Source: an uncultured Acidobacteriota bacterium (GTDB lineage Bacteria > Acidobacteriota > UBA6911). Taken from it: a DNA stretch of 64,000 nucleotides. The stretch covers positions 1-64,000 of the forward strand of contig CAWEJX010000001.1 in assembly GCA_963809485.1 (NCBI GenBank), written 5' to 3'. Below are positions 9,171 through 18,388 of the stretch, in pieces. The notes below the pieces were generated by a model, which saw only the letters and a list, made by a program, of their open reading frames with translations, did not search any database and was not told where the DNA came from. Both the position numbers and the translations under genes were made by a program. Positions within the stretch are counted from its first letter, which is position 1; every line of letters starts with the position of its first letter.

Positions 9171-9503
9171 GTATCAAAATCTCCAACAGGGTTGGGGAAT
9201 CCAAAAAGGCCGCGTCCGGCCAAGGTCGGGAGGCGGAACGACCCAACTAACTTGACCCTGCAAATGTTTCCTTACCCGATCTCCGAAACGATTATACTTT
9301 TCTGAATGTTTTACTGATCTGGAGAATTCTACGGTGGCCAGCACACTACACTCCTTCGACTTAAAGAGAGTTAACAGATCGGCCGCTGTCGTCGCCGCGT
9401 TGTATCTTGCGCTGTCTGATCAACCGCGATTAGCTTTGGCCCATCGTCAAGAGTTCGGGCTTCTGCGAAATCGGCCCGATGCCAGCCTGCTTCTCCGAGC
9501 AAG

Positions 9504-9770
9504 GTGGATCGCACAGACGAGGCGGCGCTTCGGCGCCGCAAACAAACGGAGACTTCTCCAATGGCTACCAAGAGTCCGCGGGCCGCGAAAAAACGGGCCA
9601 CAGTCAAAAAACAAGAATGCACCGCCATCTTCGAGGAGGTCGAAAAGTTCGAAGACCTCGCGCCGCGGATGCACGAATTGTTGTTGACCAGCCCAAGGGG
9701 ACAAGAATTTATCTTCGCGTTCGAGATCGCAGAACAATCAACTAGGCGGGTGCCCGACCGGTTCACGTGA
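9504..9770 (+). CDS. small hypothetical protein
   Basis: basic N-terminal tract followed by an acidic amphipathic region; start could be the internal MATKSPR. Confidence 0.4.
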   Translation: MDRTDEAALRRRKQTETSPMATKSPRAAKKRATVKKQECTAIFEEVEKFEDLAPRMHELLLTSPRGQEFIFAFEIAEQSTRRVPDRFT

Positions 9771-9821
9771 TTAACGCGGTGTTGCCGATTTGCGGGTAGG
9801 ATGAGAGAGAGGGAGCATTGC

Positions 9822-10520
9822 ATGACGTCAAATGGTGATCGCTTTGAAAGCGCCTACAACAAGATCGACGCGCTGCTGCGCAAGAAGGTCGGTGGGACAA
9901 GAACCCTTTCTTTTTCGTTCGTCGTCAATGAGGCGGCGAGCAAGGATCCGACGGTGCGCATGCATAAGGACGATTTACTGGAATATGGAGATTTGAGGAA
10001 TGCGATTGTCCACGATCGGGGCAAGGCTCCTGTCTTGCTGGCTGATCCCCGCGAGGACGTCGTGGAAAAGATTGAGAATATTTGGAACCGCCTTTCGCAC
10101 CCGAGAATATTGCGGTCGCTTGCGCGGTCGGTTCCGCTTCGGATCTTCCCCGCGAGTGCGGTCTTGGCAGAATCACTTTCATACATGCGTGCGAATGATT
10201 TTTCGCAGGTCATAGCTCTTCGTGATGAAAAGTATCTAGTCCTGTCCGCGGAGGGCATCGCTCATTGGCTGGAGGCCAAATCGAAAGAAGACATCATCTC
10301 GCTTTCGGAGGCGCGACTCAGCGACGTCCTCAATTTCGAGCCCACGGATAGCTGTGTCTATCTTAAGGCCAACGACACTGTCGATCGGGCACGCGAGGTC
10401 TTCGCCAATGACATCGGTAAGAGGGTATTCAGCGCGCTCGTGACCGAACACGGGAGCGCGAAAGAAAAGCCAATTAATATCGTGACCCCCTGGGATTTCG
10501 TGGCAGGCACGCTTCGATAA
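9822..10520 (+). CDS. HEPN-like domain fused to a CBS pair
   Basis: helical N-terminal domain with RNAIVH (RxxxxH); C-terminal CBS-like repeats (YMRANDFSQV, ALVTEHG..INIVTPWD); GAGGGAG RBS. Confidence 0.7.
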   Translation: MTSNGDRFESAYNKIDALLRKKVGGTRTLSFSFVVNEAASKDPTVRMHKDDLLEYGDLRNAIVHDRGKAPVLLADPREDVVEKIENIWNRLSHPRILRSLARSVPLRIFPASAVLAESLSYMRANDFSQVIALRDEKYLVLSAEGIAHWLEAKSKEDIISLSEARLSDVLNFEPTDSCVYLKANDTVDRAREVFANDIGKRVFSALVTEHGSAKEKPINIVTPWDFVAGTLR

Positions 10521-10765
10521 ATCTAACAGCTCCATGGAGATCAAAGCGCAATAGTTAGCTCACGCACTTGCGAATAACCGCTCCGTCCCGAGATGCCAAG
10601 TCCATTCGCTGAATTAGTTCGCCATTTGGACACAACGAGGATTACGGTGGCACAGACCAACTTGAATAGGATTCTACAATGTTAAAGGTCGTGGCTTGGC
10701 CGTTGCATTGCATCGCCTTGCGGATTTGCGTGGCGAATCACTTATGTCCGCATCATCCACGCTAT

Positions 10766-11065
10766 TTATTTTTGGTGCTTAATCTTCAGCTGCGCCTCAT
10801 TCGCAGCTATAAATGCACGAATGTCGTCTGACACGTCCAGTAGCTTCAACCACTGTTCCTTATATAGCGTTACGGGAAAGCGCCCCAAACCATAGACTGA
10901 GACTCCTCCCTTTTCGCTCACCTTCATGCGGATACCAGAAGACGTCCCCTTTTTGAGCGCAGCATTTTCAGCGCGAAGGCGTTCGAGTTCGGCTTTTAAA
11001 TCTTCATCAGACGTGGGTTTCCCAAGTAACCGTTCGAGCTCAGCTTTCAGGTCTTCGTCAGACAT
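10766..11065 (-). CDS. conserved small hypothetical protein with duplicated N-terminus
   Basis: coiled coil plus KVSEKGGVSVYGLGRFPVTLYKEQW; SDEDLKAELERL occurs twice. Confidence 0.8.
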   Translation of the reverse strand: MSDEDLKAELERLLGKPTSDEDLKAELERLRAENAALKKGTSSGIRMKVSEKGGVSVYGLGRFPVTLYKEQWLKLLDVSDDIRAFIAANEAQLKIKHQK

Positions 11066-11109
11066 GACTTTCCCAAATATTGCTAACTATCTTCGTGTCT
11101 CCATTTCGG

Positions 11110-11336
11110 GGAGGCGGTGCTGCCACGGGCACCGGAGCCTGGGGCCGTGTTTTGGCCCATGTTTCCGGACGTCCGTACTCCAAAAAGGCATACAGGGCAA
11201 TGCCCGACAAAGATAGAAGCAGTGCCGCGATGGCCAGAGGAACGCGGCGCCGCCGGATGAGGGAATACAGGCGTCGGGTCCCCGCAGGAGCAGGGAGCTC
11301 TTCCCCGGTTGAAGAAGGCAACGGGTCACCGGTCAA
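11110..11336 (-). pseudogene. truncated membrane-anchored protein (5' fragment at the segment junction)
   Basis: RRRR + TM helix + Pro-rich linker, then no domain; GAGGAG RBS; lies downstream of coaD; left boundary approximate. Confidence 0.5.
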
Positions 11337-11407
11337 GCAAATCGCTCCTCAGCGAAACCAGAGAATGGCGCGAGCCTTAAGAAATCCTGCGTGCAAGCAT
11401 GCGCAAC

Positions 11408-11902
11408 TCAGGAAGGAATCCGGATGCCGTATTTGCGGCAAAGACGCTTCTCAACGCCCGCGGGAACAAATTCGTTTATCTTTCCCCCGCGCTCCGCTAT
11501 TTCCTTTACTAGCTTTGAGCTCAGAAAAGAATACGATTCCGCAGGCAGCATAAAAACAGTCTCGACCTTGTTGGAGAGACGGCGGTTCATCAAAGCCATC
11601 TGAAGCTCGTATTCGTAGTCGGACACGGCTCGAATGCCTCGGACGATCACGGAAGCTCCGATCTTTTCCACAAAGTCGACGAGCAAACCCTGGAAAGAGG
11701 TTACGGAAACATTTTGCAGGTCCCGAATCGCCTCCTCCAACATTTCTATACGCTCCTCAACCGAAAAGAGAGGAGTTTTTTCGGCATTTCCAAGAATCGC
11801 GACGACCACGTGGTCAAAGAGCGCGGCGCTTCGCTGAATGAGATCAATATGGCCATTCGTGACCGGGTCAAAGGATCCGGGATAAACCGCTCGAGTTTCC
11901 AT
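11408..11902 (-). CDS. coaD: phosphopantetheine adenylyltransferase
   Basis: YPGSFDPVTNGHIDL, VRGIRAVSDYEYE, LSSKLVKE. Confidence 0.97.
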   Translation of the reverse strand: METRAVYPGSFDPVTNGHIDLIQRSAALFDHVVVAILGNAEKTPLFSVEERIEMLEEAIRDLQNVSVTSFQGLLVDFVEKIGASVIVRGIRAVSDYEYELQMALMNRRLSNKVETVFMLPAESYSFLSSKLVKEIAERGGKINEFVPAGVEKRLCRKYGIRIPS

Positions 11903-11970
11903 GGGCAAATTTCACGTATCTCTCAAAAGTACAGCGGATTATAGGTGGAAGATGCAGGAAATTGCAAGCC

Positions 11971-12297
11971 TCACTCCAATTCCCCCACAATGTCCCTAAA
12001 GACCTGGCAGAGCCGCGAAGCTTTGCCCTGATTCGGCATCTGCCTGATGGACTCCAGGGCCCGGTGCCAGTTCTCCGTCTCCGCCCGCGTCCCGCCCCCT
12101 GCCGCACGCAACCTCCGGACGTATCGGCGCACCTGATCCGCCGTGTCGAGATAATATTGACGCCGCTCCAGCGGCGTCGATTTGGATTCCACCGCTATGG
12201 CAATCGCCAGCTGAATCCTTGCCCACTCCAGTTCAAGCAGAAGATCTCCCTGAGCGTGGCTCTTCCGTGCCTTTATCAAGGCTGGATTCTTAATCAC
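11971..12297 (-). CDS. hypothetical helical protein
   Basis: 108 aa ORF divergent from the sigma factor, protein-like composition. Confidence 0.55.
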   Translation of the reverse strand: MIKNPALIKARKSHAQGDLLLELEWARIQLAIAIAVESKSTPLERRQYYLDTADQVRRYVRRLRAAGGGTRAETENWHRALESIRQMPNQGKASRLCQVFRDIVGELE

Positions 12298-12403
12298 ATT
12301 GCCCCGCAGTTTCCCTGAAATACAAAGCCCCCGGACGAAACAATAGGAATGTCAGGAGATCGTCTTCTTACTAACAATCCCAAGTCTTATTGAGCGAAAA
12401 AAT

Positions 12404-12982
12404 ATGCATACAAACCAAGTCGGAGACGCCGAAGATTTGCGAGCGGTCCTGGAACCGATTCTGGATCGCAACAGCCGCAAATGGCTGCGGTTCATCATGG
12501 GAATACTGGGAAGCGAGGCCGATGCCGAGGATGTCATGCAGGAAGCGGTGCGACGGGTGCTGGTCCGCGGCCAGCCGCTTCCATCGCCTGAGCATGTCCG
12601 GATGTACCTGGGGCGTGCCATCGTCAATGCAGCGCTGGAGTTTTATAACCACAGGAAGCGGGAGCGTATGAGGCAAATTCCTATATGGGACAATATATCT
12701 GCGCCCGATAAAGCCGTCAGCCCGTATGACTTCATGGCGGAAAAGGAACATTCGGATCAGACGCAGCAGCTGCTCGCGCTGCTGCGATCGGGATTGGCGC
12801 GCCTTCCGCAAAAACAGCATGAAGCATTGCGGCTCACGATACTGGAATCTCGGGGCCTGTCGATTCGGGACATAGGCATGACCAACGGAATCCCCTATTC
12901 CACCTTACGGCACCGCAGCAAACAGGGTCTCAAGCATTTGCGAAGATACCTTGAGCGTTCGCTGGCGATAAAACAGACGTAG
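12404..12982 (+). CDS. ECF-type RNA polymerase sigma factor
   Basis: DAEDVMQEA (region 2), LARLPQKQHEALRL..GLSIRDI..GIPYSTL (region 4). Confidence 0.85.
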   Translation: MHTNQVGDAEDLRAVLEPILDRNSRKWLRFIMGILGSEADAEDVMQEAVRRVLVRGQPLPSPEHVRMYLGRAIVNAALEFYNHRKRERMRQIPIWDNISAPDKAVSPYDFMAEKEHSDQTQQLLALLRSGLARLPQKQHEALRLTILESRGLSIRDIGMTNGIPYSTLRHRSKQGLKHLRRYLERSLAIKQT

Positions 12983-13214
12983 GCTGATCCCTTTAAGGGA
13001 AACGACGGATTAACAGTCCTCATCAATGCCGGAGGATTAAGCCAATCCGTAGAATGCGGTTTTGCGGGCTGCATGAACCTTAGCCGCTGACACACGCTTA
13101 CCGTTGCCCTATTGATCGGTTGTTCGTCAGCGTTTTGTCCGTGTATGTCGGCGTTCAATAATTCTGGAACTGTCAAACTCTTTGAGTCTCCCAGAAAAGC
13201 TGGGGATTACCAGT

Positions 13215-13781
13215 TTATTTATCCGGCGAGCCGCCAGATTCATAAAAGCTGAGGCAATGGTCGCCTTGCCGAACAATACGCGATCTGTGGTAACGCCCGC
13301 CCGAAGCGGGAAGGTCCGCTTTGCGGTGGTGCTCGATCACTACATAGGAAGACGGTGCCACGAGCTCTTTTTCAAAGACGATCTCCACAAGATCGCGGTA
13401 GGGCTTCCAGTTGTAGGGAGGATCGAAAAAGATAATATCCGCCCGGAATCCCTGACGGGCCAGGAATCGCAATGCCGGAAACACATCCTGCCGGAGCACT
13501 CGATAGCCGGTCTGGATTTTGCAGCGTTCGAGGTTCTGGCGGATGAGCCGCTCTCCCGCCGGCGTGCTCTCGATGAATACGACTTCCTGAGCGCCCCGGC
13601 TGAGCGCCTCGATACCGATGGCGCCTGAGCCGCCGAAAACATCAAGCACAATGGAGCCTGCAACACGGGAACCCAGGATGCTGAAGAGAGCCTCCTTGAG
13701 GCGATCCCCCGTGGGACGCACGTCCATACCGGCCGGCCCCTGCAACCTTCTGCCCCGAAACTTTCCTGATATAACCCGCAT
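13215..13781 (-). CDS. rsmD: 16S rRNA m2G966 methyltransferase
   Basis: MRVISGKFRGRRL, RPTGDRLKEALF, LDVFGGSG.IGIEALSRGA, DPPY. Confidence 0.95.
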   Translation of the reverse strand: MRVISGKFRGRRLQGPAGMDVRPTGDRLKEALFSILGSRVAGSIVLDVFGGSGAIGIEALSRGAQEVVFIESTPAGERLIRQNLERCKIQTGYRVLRQDVFPALRFLARQGFRADIIFFDPPYNWKPYRDLVEIVFEKELVAPSSYVVIEHHRKADLPASGGRYHRSRIVRQGDHCLSFYESGGSPDK

Positions 13782-13872
13782 ATAGCCGAAAATTACGAAT
13801 GACGGATTACGAATGACGGACTATTGGTCCGTGATTGCCGCCCTTGAATCTTCAAATCTTAGCACATTTATT

Positions 13873-14274
13873 AGTCAGGCACCTCCGGCAAAGCCGGAGG
13901 CTTGAAAGATTGGAGCTGCTCAAAGCGGTTGGAGGAGTTACGCTGGTCTTGAACGCTGACTTACGCGGGCAAAAGCCGATGAGGCGCTTCCGATCCCCGC
14001 AGGGGCCAGCGCTCCGCGCTGGACAGATTTCTGCGGCGGCACTGTGGCAAACGCCCTGTTTCACATAACCTCAATCTCCTTGCCGCACGGCGCTTGCCAC
14101 AGTGCCGCCGCAGAAATCTCCATCGGAAGCGCCTCATCGGCTTTTGCTCGCCGACCCTCGCCGAACAAATCGGCGTTTGTCAGCGCATTTGTCAGCGTAT
14201 CTCAGCGTTTCAAAATACGGAGCTGTCAAACTCTATGAGTCCCCCGGCAGAGCCGTGGGTTTACCAATAGAATT
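13873..14274 (-). mobile_element. IS200/IS605-type non-autonomous element (no tnpA)
   Basis: sub-terminal hairpins CCTCCGGC-AAA-GCCGGAGG (13882-13900) and CCCCCGGC-AGA-GCCGTGGG (14241-14259); ATTAGTCA at both ends; no credible ORF inside. Confidence 0.6.
13965..14151. repeat. long nested inverted repeat
   Basis: arms 13965-13994/14122-14151 (29/30 complementary) and 14025-14055/14089-14119 (30/31). Confidence 0.9.
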
Positions 14275-14307
14275 AGTCATTCGTCACCCGTAATTCGTAA
14301 TTCCTAC

Positions 14308-16458
14308 TTAGCCAGTTAAGGCCAGTCCGAAATAATCCTTCCAGCGCTGCCGGATGAGCAGCGCGGCCCTCCGACAATCATCATCCGGATGGGAACGCAG
14401 GATCCGGAGGAAGCGTTCCGCTTCAACCCGGGCGACCTCAAGGGCCTTTCTATCCCGCACAATGTTGGCATACCTGAACGCCGGGACTCCGGACTGGCGC
14501 GTCCCGATCATCTCGCCGGGCCCGCGCAGTTCGAGGTCCACTTCGGCGATGCGGAATCCGTCGTTCGTTTCACACATGATTTCGATGCGGCGCCGTGCTT
14601 CGGGATTGTTGTGCACATCGGTTACCAGCACACAGGCAGATTGATCCGGGCCGCGCCCGACTCTCCCTCTCAACTGGTGCAGTTGGGCCAGCCCGAAGCG
14701 CTCCGCGTGTTCAATGACCATGAGAGTCGCGTTCGCTACATCGACTCCAACTTCAATGACGGTCGTCGAAACCAGGACCTGAATGCGGCCGGCGGCAAAC
14801 TCCAGCATGGTCCCTTCTTTTTCGGCGCTTTTCATGCGGCCGTGCAGAAGCCCGATGCGCAAATCGGGAAACACCTGAGTCCTGAGATATCCGGCCATTT
14901 CCGTTGCAGCGCGCAGATCGGATTTTTCGGATTCCTCCACCAGGGGATACACTACATACGCCTGATGCCCGGCCGAAACGGCCTGACGGATGGAGTCCAG
15001 GGCTTTCTGCCGATCCTTTTCCTCGCACCATGAGGTGGCGACGGGCTTGCGGCCCGGCGGCATCTGGTTAATGACGGAGACGTCCAGGTCGCCGTATAGA
15101 GTCAGCGCCAGGGATCGGGGGATCGGCGTGGCGGTCATAACCAGCAGATCGGGACGTTGGCCTTTCTCCCTCAGTATGTTGCGCTGTACGACGCCAAAGC
15201 GGTGCTGTTCGTCAATCACGGCCAGCGACAGATTTTGGAACTCCACGCCCTCCTGAACCAGCGCGTGAGTCCCGATGGCGATCTGTGTTTCCCCGCTTCG
15301 GAGCCGTTCCAGAACCTGCTTCTTGCCTTTGGCGTTCAGGCTGCCTTTGAGCAGGTCGATTTTGTAGTCCAGGGGTCCGAGAAGCCGCCGGAAACTGAAG
15401 AAGTGCTGTTCGGCCAGAATTTCCGTCGGCGCCATGATGGCCACCTGCGACCCGTTCTCGACCGCGATGATGGCCGCCTGCGCGGCAACAATGGTCTTGC
15501 CCGAGCCGACGTCGCCCTGCAGCAGCCGGCTCATGGGATAGGGAGAACACATATCCTGGGCGATTTCTTTCAGGGCGTGCTTTTGCGCTTCGGTCGGATG
15601 GAAAGGCAGGATTTTTTTGATGGACATCCGGATGCCATCGCCCAGTTTGAAGCTTCGATTCTTGAGATGGCGCGCGCGGTTTTCGCGAGCCATGTGAATG
15701 CCCACCTGAAGCTGGAAAAGCTCTTCGAAGATGAAACGTTTGTGAGCCGGCGAAATTCCTGCGTTGAGAAGACTCATCTCCTTGTCCCGTTCCTGAGGAG
15801 ATTGGCCCCTGAGCTCCGGGAAATGGAGCAGTTGCATCGCCTTTGGCCTGGAAAGAAGCCGGAGCTGCCGGGTGAGATACTCGGGTAGAGCGTCCGGCAC
15901 AGAGGGCGGGAGCCCGGAGATAACCGAATACATAATCTGCCGCAGAGTGCGGGTACGCAGGTCCTCCAGCCTGCGGTAGATCGGGACCACCCGGCCTGAA
16001 TGCAGGGACGGCCCCGCCCCTTCATCCTCGAAGATTTCACACTCCGGGTTCATCAGGGTCAGAGAACCTCGAGAATAGGAATCCGTTTTAGCCTGGCCAT
16101 AGAGGACAAGGCGGACCCCCTGCTGATAAATGCGCCGGAGATAGGACTGATTGAAGAATTTAACCCGGATGCTGCCCTTCCCGTCCCGGACCAGCATTTC
16201 AAAAATAGAGAAGCCGCGGCGGCGCGCATCAAAACCTCCAACGCTGCAGACCTCGCCCCGAATCAGCACCCATTCGCCTTCCCTCAGCGCATTTATGGGC
16301 CGGAATTGCGTCCGGTCCTCGTAGCGGAATGGCACATAGTCAAGAAGGTCACCTGCTTTGTAGATGCCGTGCGCGGCCAGAATCGCCGACCGACGCGGGC
16401 CGATTCCTTTGAGAAACTGTACCGGGGCATCGAGACCTGTGTTTCCGGCTGGTGTCAT
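14308..16458 (-). CDS. recG: ATP-dependent DNA helicase RecG
   Basis: LLQGDVGSGKT, DEQHRFGV, MTATPIPR, QLHQLRGRVGRG. Confidence 0.97.
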   Translation of the reverse strand: MTPAGNTGLDAPVQFLKGIGPRRSAILAAHGIYKAGDLLDYVPFRYEDRTQFRPINALREGEWVLIRGEVCSVGGFDARRRGFSIFEMLVRDGKGSIRVKFFNQSYLRRIYQQGVRLVLYGQAKTDSYSRGSLTLMNPECEIFEDEGAGPSLHSGRVVPIYRRLEDLRTRTLRQIMYSVISGLPPSVPDALPEYLTRQLRLLSRPKAMQLLHFPELRGQSPQERDKEMSLLNAGISPAHKRFIFEELFQLQVGIHMARENRARHLKNRSFKLGDGIRMSIKKILPFHPTEAQKHALKEIAQDMCSPYPMSRLLQGDVGSGKTIVAAQAAIIAVENGSQVAIMAPTEILAEQHFFSFRRLLGPLDYKIDLLKGSLNAKGKKQVLERLRSGETQIAIGTHALVQEGVEFQNLSLAVIDEQHRFGVVQRNILREKGQRPDLLVMTATPIPRSLALTLYGDLDVSVINQMPPGRKPVATSWCEEKDRQKALDSIRQAVSAGHQAYVVYPLVEESEKSDLRAATEMAGYLRTQVFPDLRIGLLHGRMKSAEKEGTMLEFAAGRIQVLVSTTVIEVGVDVANATLMVIEHAERFGLAQLHQLRGRVGRGPDQSACVLVTDVHNNPEARRRIEIMCETNDGFRIAEVDLELRGPGEMIGTRQSGVPAFRYANIVRDRKALEVARVEAERFLRILRSHPDDDCRRAALLIRQRWKDYFGLALTG

Positions 16459-16601
16459 GTCTGCATTATAGATTGAAGATTCGAAATTCGAGCTTGATAA
16501 AAGGCCGCATCAAATCCCGGATCTACAGCCGGAGGCAAAGCGGCCAATATGCCCATGAATCAAATTTGAACATGCCCATGCTATCTGCTATAAAAGATCT
16601 A

Positions 16602-17174
16602 ATGCGAAACCGTTTCCTATGGCTCATTTTTTTTTGCATCCTGGCTTCTTGCGGCGGGCGGAAGCTGTCGGGCGATAAGGCCAGGGACCTCGTAATCCAC
16701 CTTCCGCAGGAAGCGCTCGAGAGGGAGGATGTGGAGATAGTCAACATCCGGCAGGTAGGAGGATCGGAGGCCGTCCTGGAAACCCGTCTCAAGACCGCAT
16801 TCCGTCTCGAGAAGGATGGGGATGAGTGGGTGGTTCGCGATGTCCGGGTGGGAAACGGCCAATGGGAGAAAGTGAGCAACCTCGAGCAGGCTCTGACTGC
16901 AGTCAGGATTGAAGAAACCCGGAATAGGCTGGACCGCATCGTCGAGGCAATCCGCAAATACCGTGAAGCCAACGGCAGCCTGCCTGCATTCAAAGACTAT
17001 GTGGCTTTATCGGACCTGCTTTCTCCTGGGTTCCTGACGCCTCTGATCCGGCTGGACGCATGGAGACAGCCGCTGGCAGCCGAACACCGCAACAGCTCCA
17101 TAATAGTATGGTCGGCCGGCCCGGACCGCGAGCATGGCACCGCCGACGATATCCGGCGCACCTTTCCGCCATAA
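16602..17174 (+). CDS. lipoprotein with a GspG/pseudopilin-like C-terminal domain
   Basis: lipobox ILASC; AIRKYR..NG.LP, DAWRQP, SAGPDREHGTADDI. Confidence 0.7.
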   Translation: MRNRFLWLIFFCILASCGGRKLSGDKARDLVIHLPQEALEREDVEIVNIRQVGGSEAVLETRLKTAFRLEKDGDEWVVRDVRVGNGQWEKVSNLEQALTAVRIEETRNRLDRIVEAIRKYREANGSLPAFKDYVALSDLLSPGFLTPLIRLDAWRQPLAAEHRNSSIIVWSAGPDREHGTADDIRRTFPP

Positions 17175-17248
17175 AGCAGAGTCCCGCAGGCGTCGGGCGG
17201 ATCCGGGGCCTCGTCCTCACTAAATCGGTGCTGAAATTCGCTGGATTT

Positions 17249-17896
17249 TTAGACGCCGTCGAGGATGTGGCCGAGCTTTTCTTTCTTGACCTTAAGGTAT
17301 CCGCGTGTGAGGGAATTCGCCGGAATTTCCAGTGGGACGCGTTTTTCAACAACGATTCCCTCCTGTTGCAGTCCCTGCACTTTTTCCGGATTATTGGATA
17401 GGAGGTGGATGCGCACCACGCCGAGGTATTTTAAAATCTCGGCGGGCATACGGTAGTCCCGAAGGTCCGCTTCAAATCCGAGCTTTTCATTGGCTGCAAC
17501 CGTATCGAGCCCGCGGTCCTGCAACTCGTAAGCGTGTATTTTGTTGATCAGCCCGATCCCCCGCCCCTCCTTTTGCTGGTAGACCAGCACTCCGTTGCCT
17601 GCCTTGGCAATGAGGCCCATCGCGGCCTCAAGCTGATCTCCGCAATCGCAGCGCTTGGAGGAAAAAACATCGCCCGTCAAACATTGGGAATGGATGCGGA
17701 CCAGGGCAATGGTCCCGGGATGCGGGTTCCCCGCCACCAGGGCGACAGCCTCCTCCCCGGAGTCCATATCGCGAAAACCGTAAATGGTGAAATCTCCCAA
17801 ACGGGTGGGCAGCTTGGCGCAGGGAACCTTGTCAAAACGAATCGAGGGGCCGGCATTTTTCGGCTGCGCCGATCGGCCTTTTGTTGCTTTGCTCAC
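17249..17896 (-). CDS. ribA: GTP cyclohydrolase II
   Basis: VRIHSQCLTGDVF.S.RCDCG, EGRGIGL.NK, LSNNPEK. Confidence 0.96.
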   Translation of the reverse strand: MSKATKGRSAQPKNAGPSIRFDKVPCAKLPTRLGDFTIYGFRDMDSGEEAVALVAGNPHPGTIALVRIHSQCLTGDVFSSKRCDCGDQLEAAMGLIAKAGNGVLVYQQKEGRGIGLINKIHAYELQDRGLDTVAANEKLGFEADLRDYRMPAEILKYLGVVRIHLLSNNPEKVQGLQQEGIVVEKRVPLEIPANSLTRGYLKVKKEKLGHILDGV

Positions 17897-18351
17897 TTTT
17901 CCTTCTTCTCACTCCCGGCAGCCTCTTCCGAGCCTTTCTTCGCTTTCTTTTCCTTTTTGCCCTTCTTGCCTTCTTCGGCTTTGGCGGGCTTAAATTCGCT
18001 CCCGATCAGTTCCAGGTACGCCATCTGCGCACCGTCGCCATCCCGGAAACCGAGCCGGACGATGCGGGTGTAGCCCCCATTCCTCTGGGCGAAGCGCGGA
18101 GCAAGTGTTTCGAACAGTTTGGTGACGACGGCCGGATCCTTGACATAGGCCAGCGCCTGGCGCCGCGCGTGAAGGCTTTCGCGCTTACCAAGCGTTATCA
18201 TGCGTTCCGCAATGGGACGAACTGCTTTGGCGCGATCCAGCGTTGTCCGAACACGTTCCTTGTCGAAAAGTGACGTGACCATGTTGCGAAACATCATCAC
18301 GCGATGGGCTGTCTTGCGCCCCAGTTTTTTTCCAGCAACTCGATGTCTCAT
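17893..18351 (-). CDS. rplQ: 50S ribosomal protein L17
   Basis: MRHR..KKLGR..AHR, GGYTRI. Confidence 0.98.
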   Translation of the reverse strand: MRHRVAGKKLGRKTAHRVMMFRNMVTSLFDKERVRTTLDRAKAVRPIAERMITLGKRESLHARRQALAYVKDPAVVTKLFETLAPRFAQRNGGYTRIVRLGFRDGDGAQMAYLELIGSEFKPAKAEEGKKGKKEKKAKKGSEEAAGSEKKEK

Positions 18352-18388
18352 GAAACAAGTCTCCGATCTGCTTCAGCGGTCCTTCCGA

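Noticed and set aside
8424-11065. Prophage or complete defence island
   Set aside because: No integrase, structural genes or recognisable multi-gene defence system; only the HEPN-CBS gene is suggestive.
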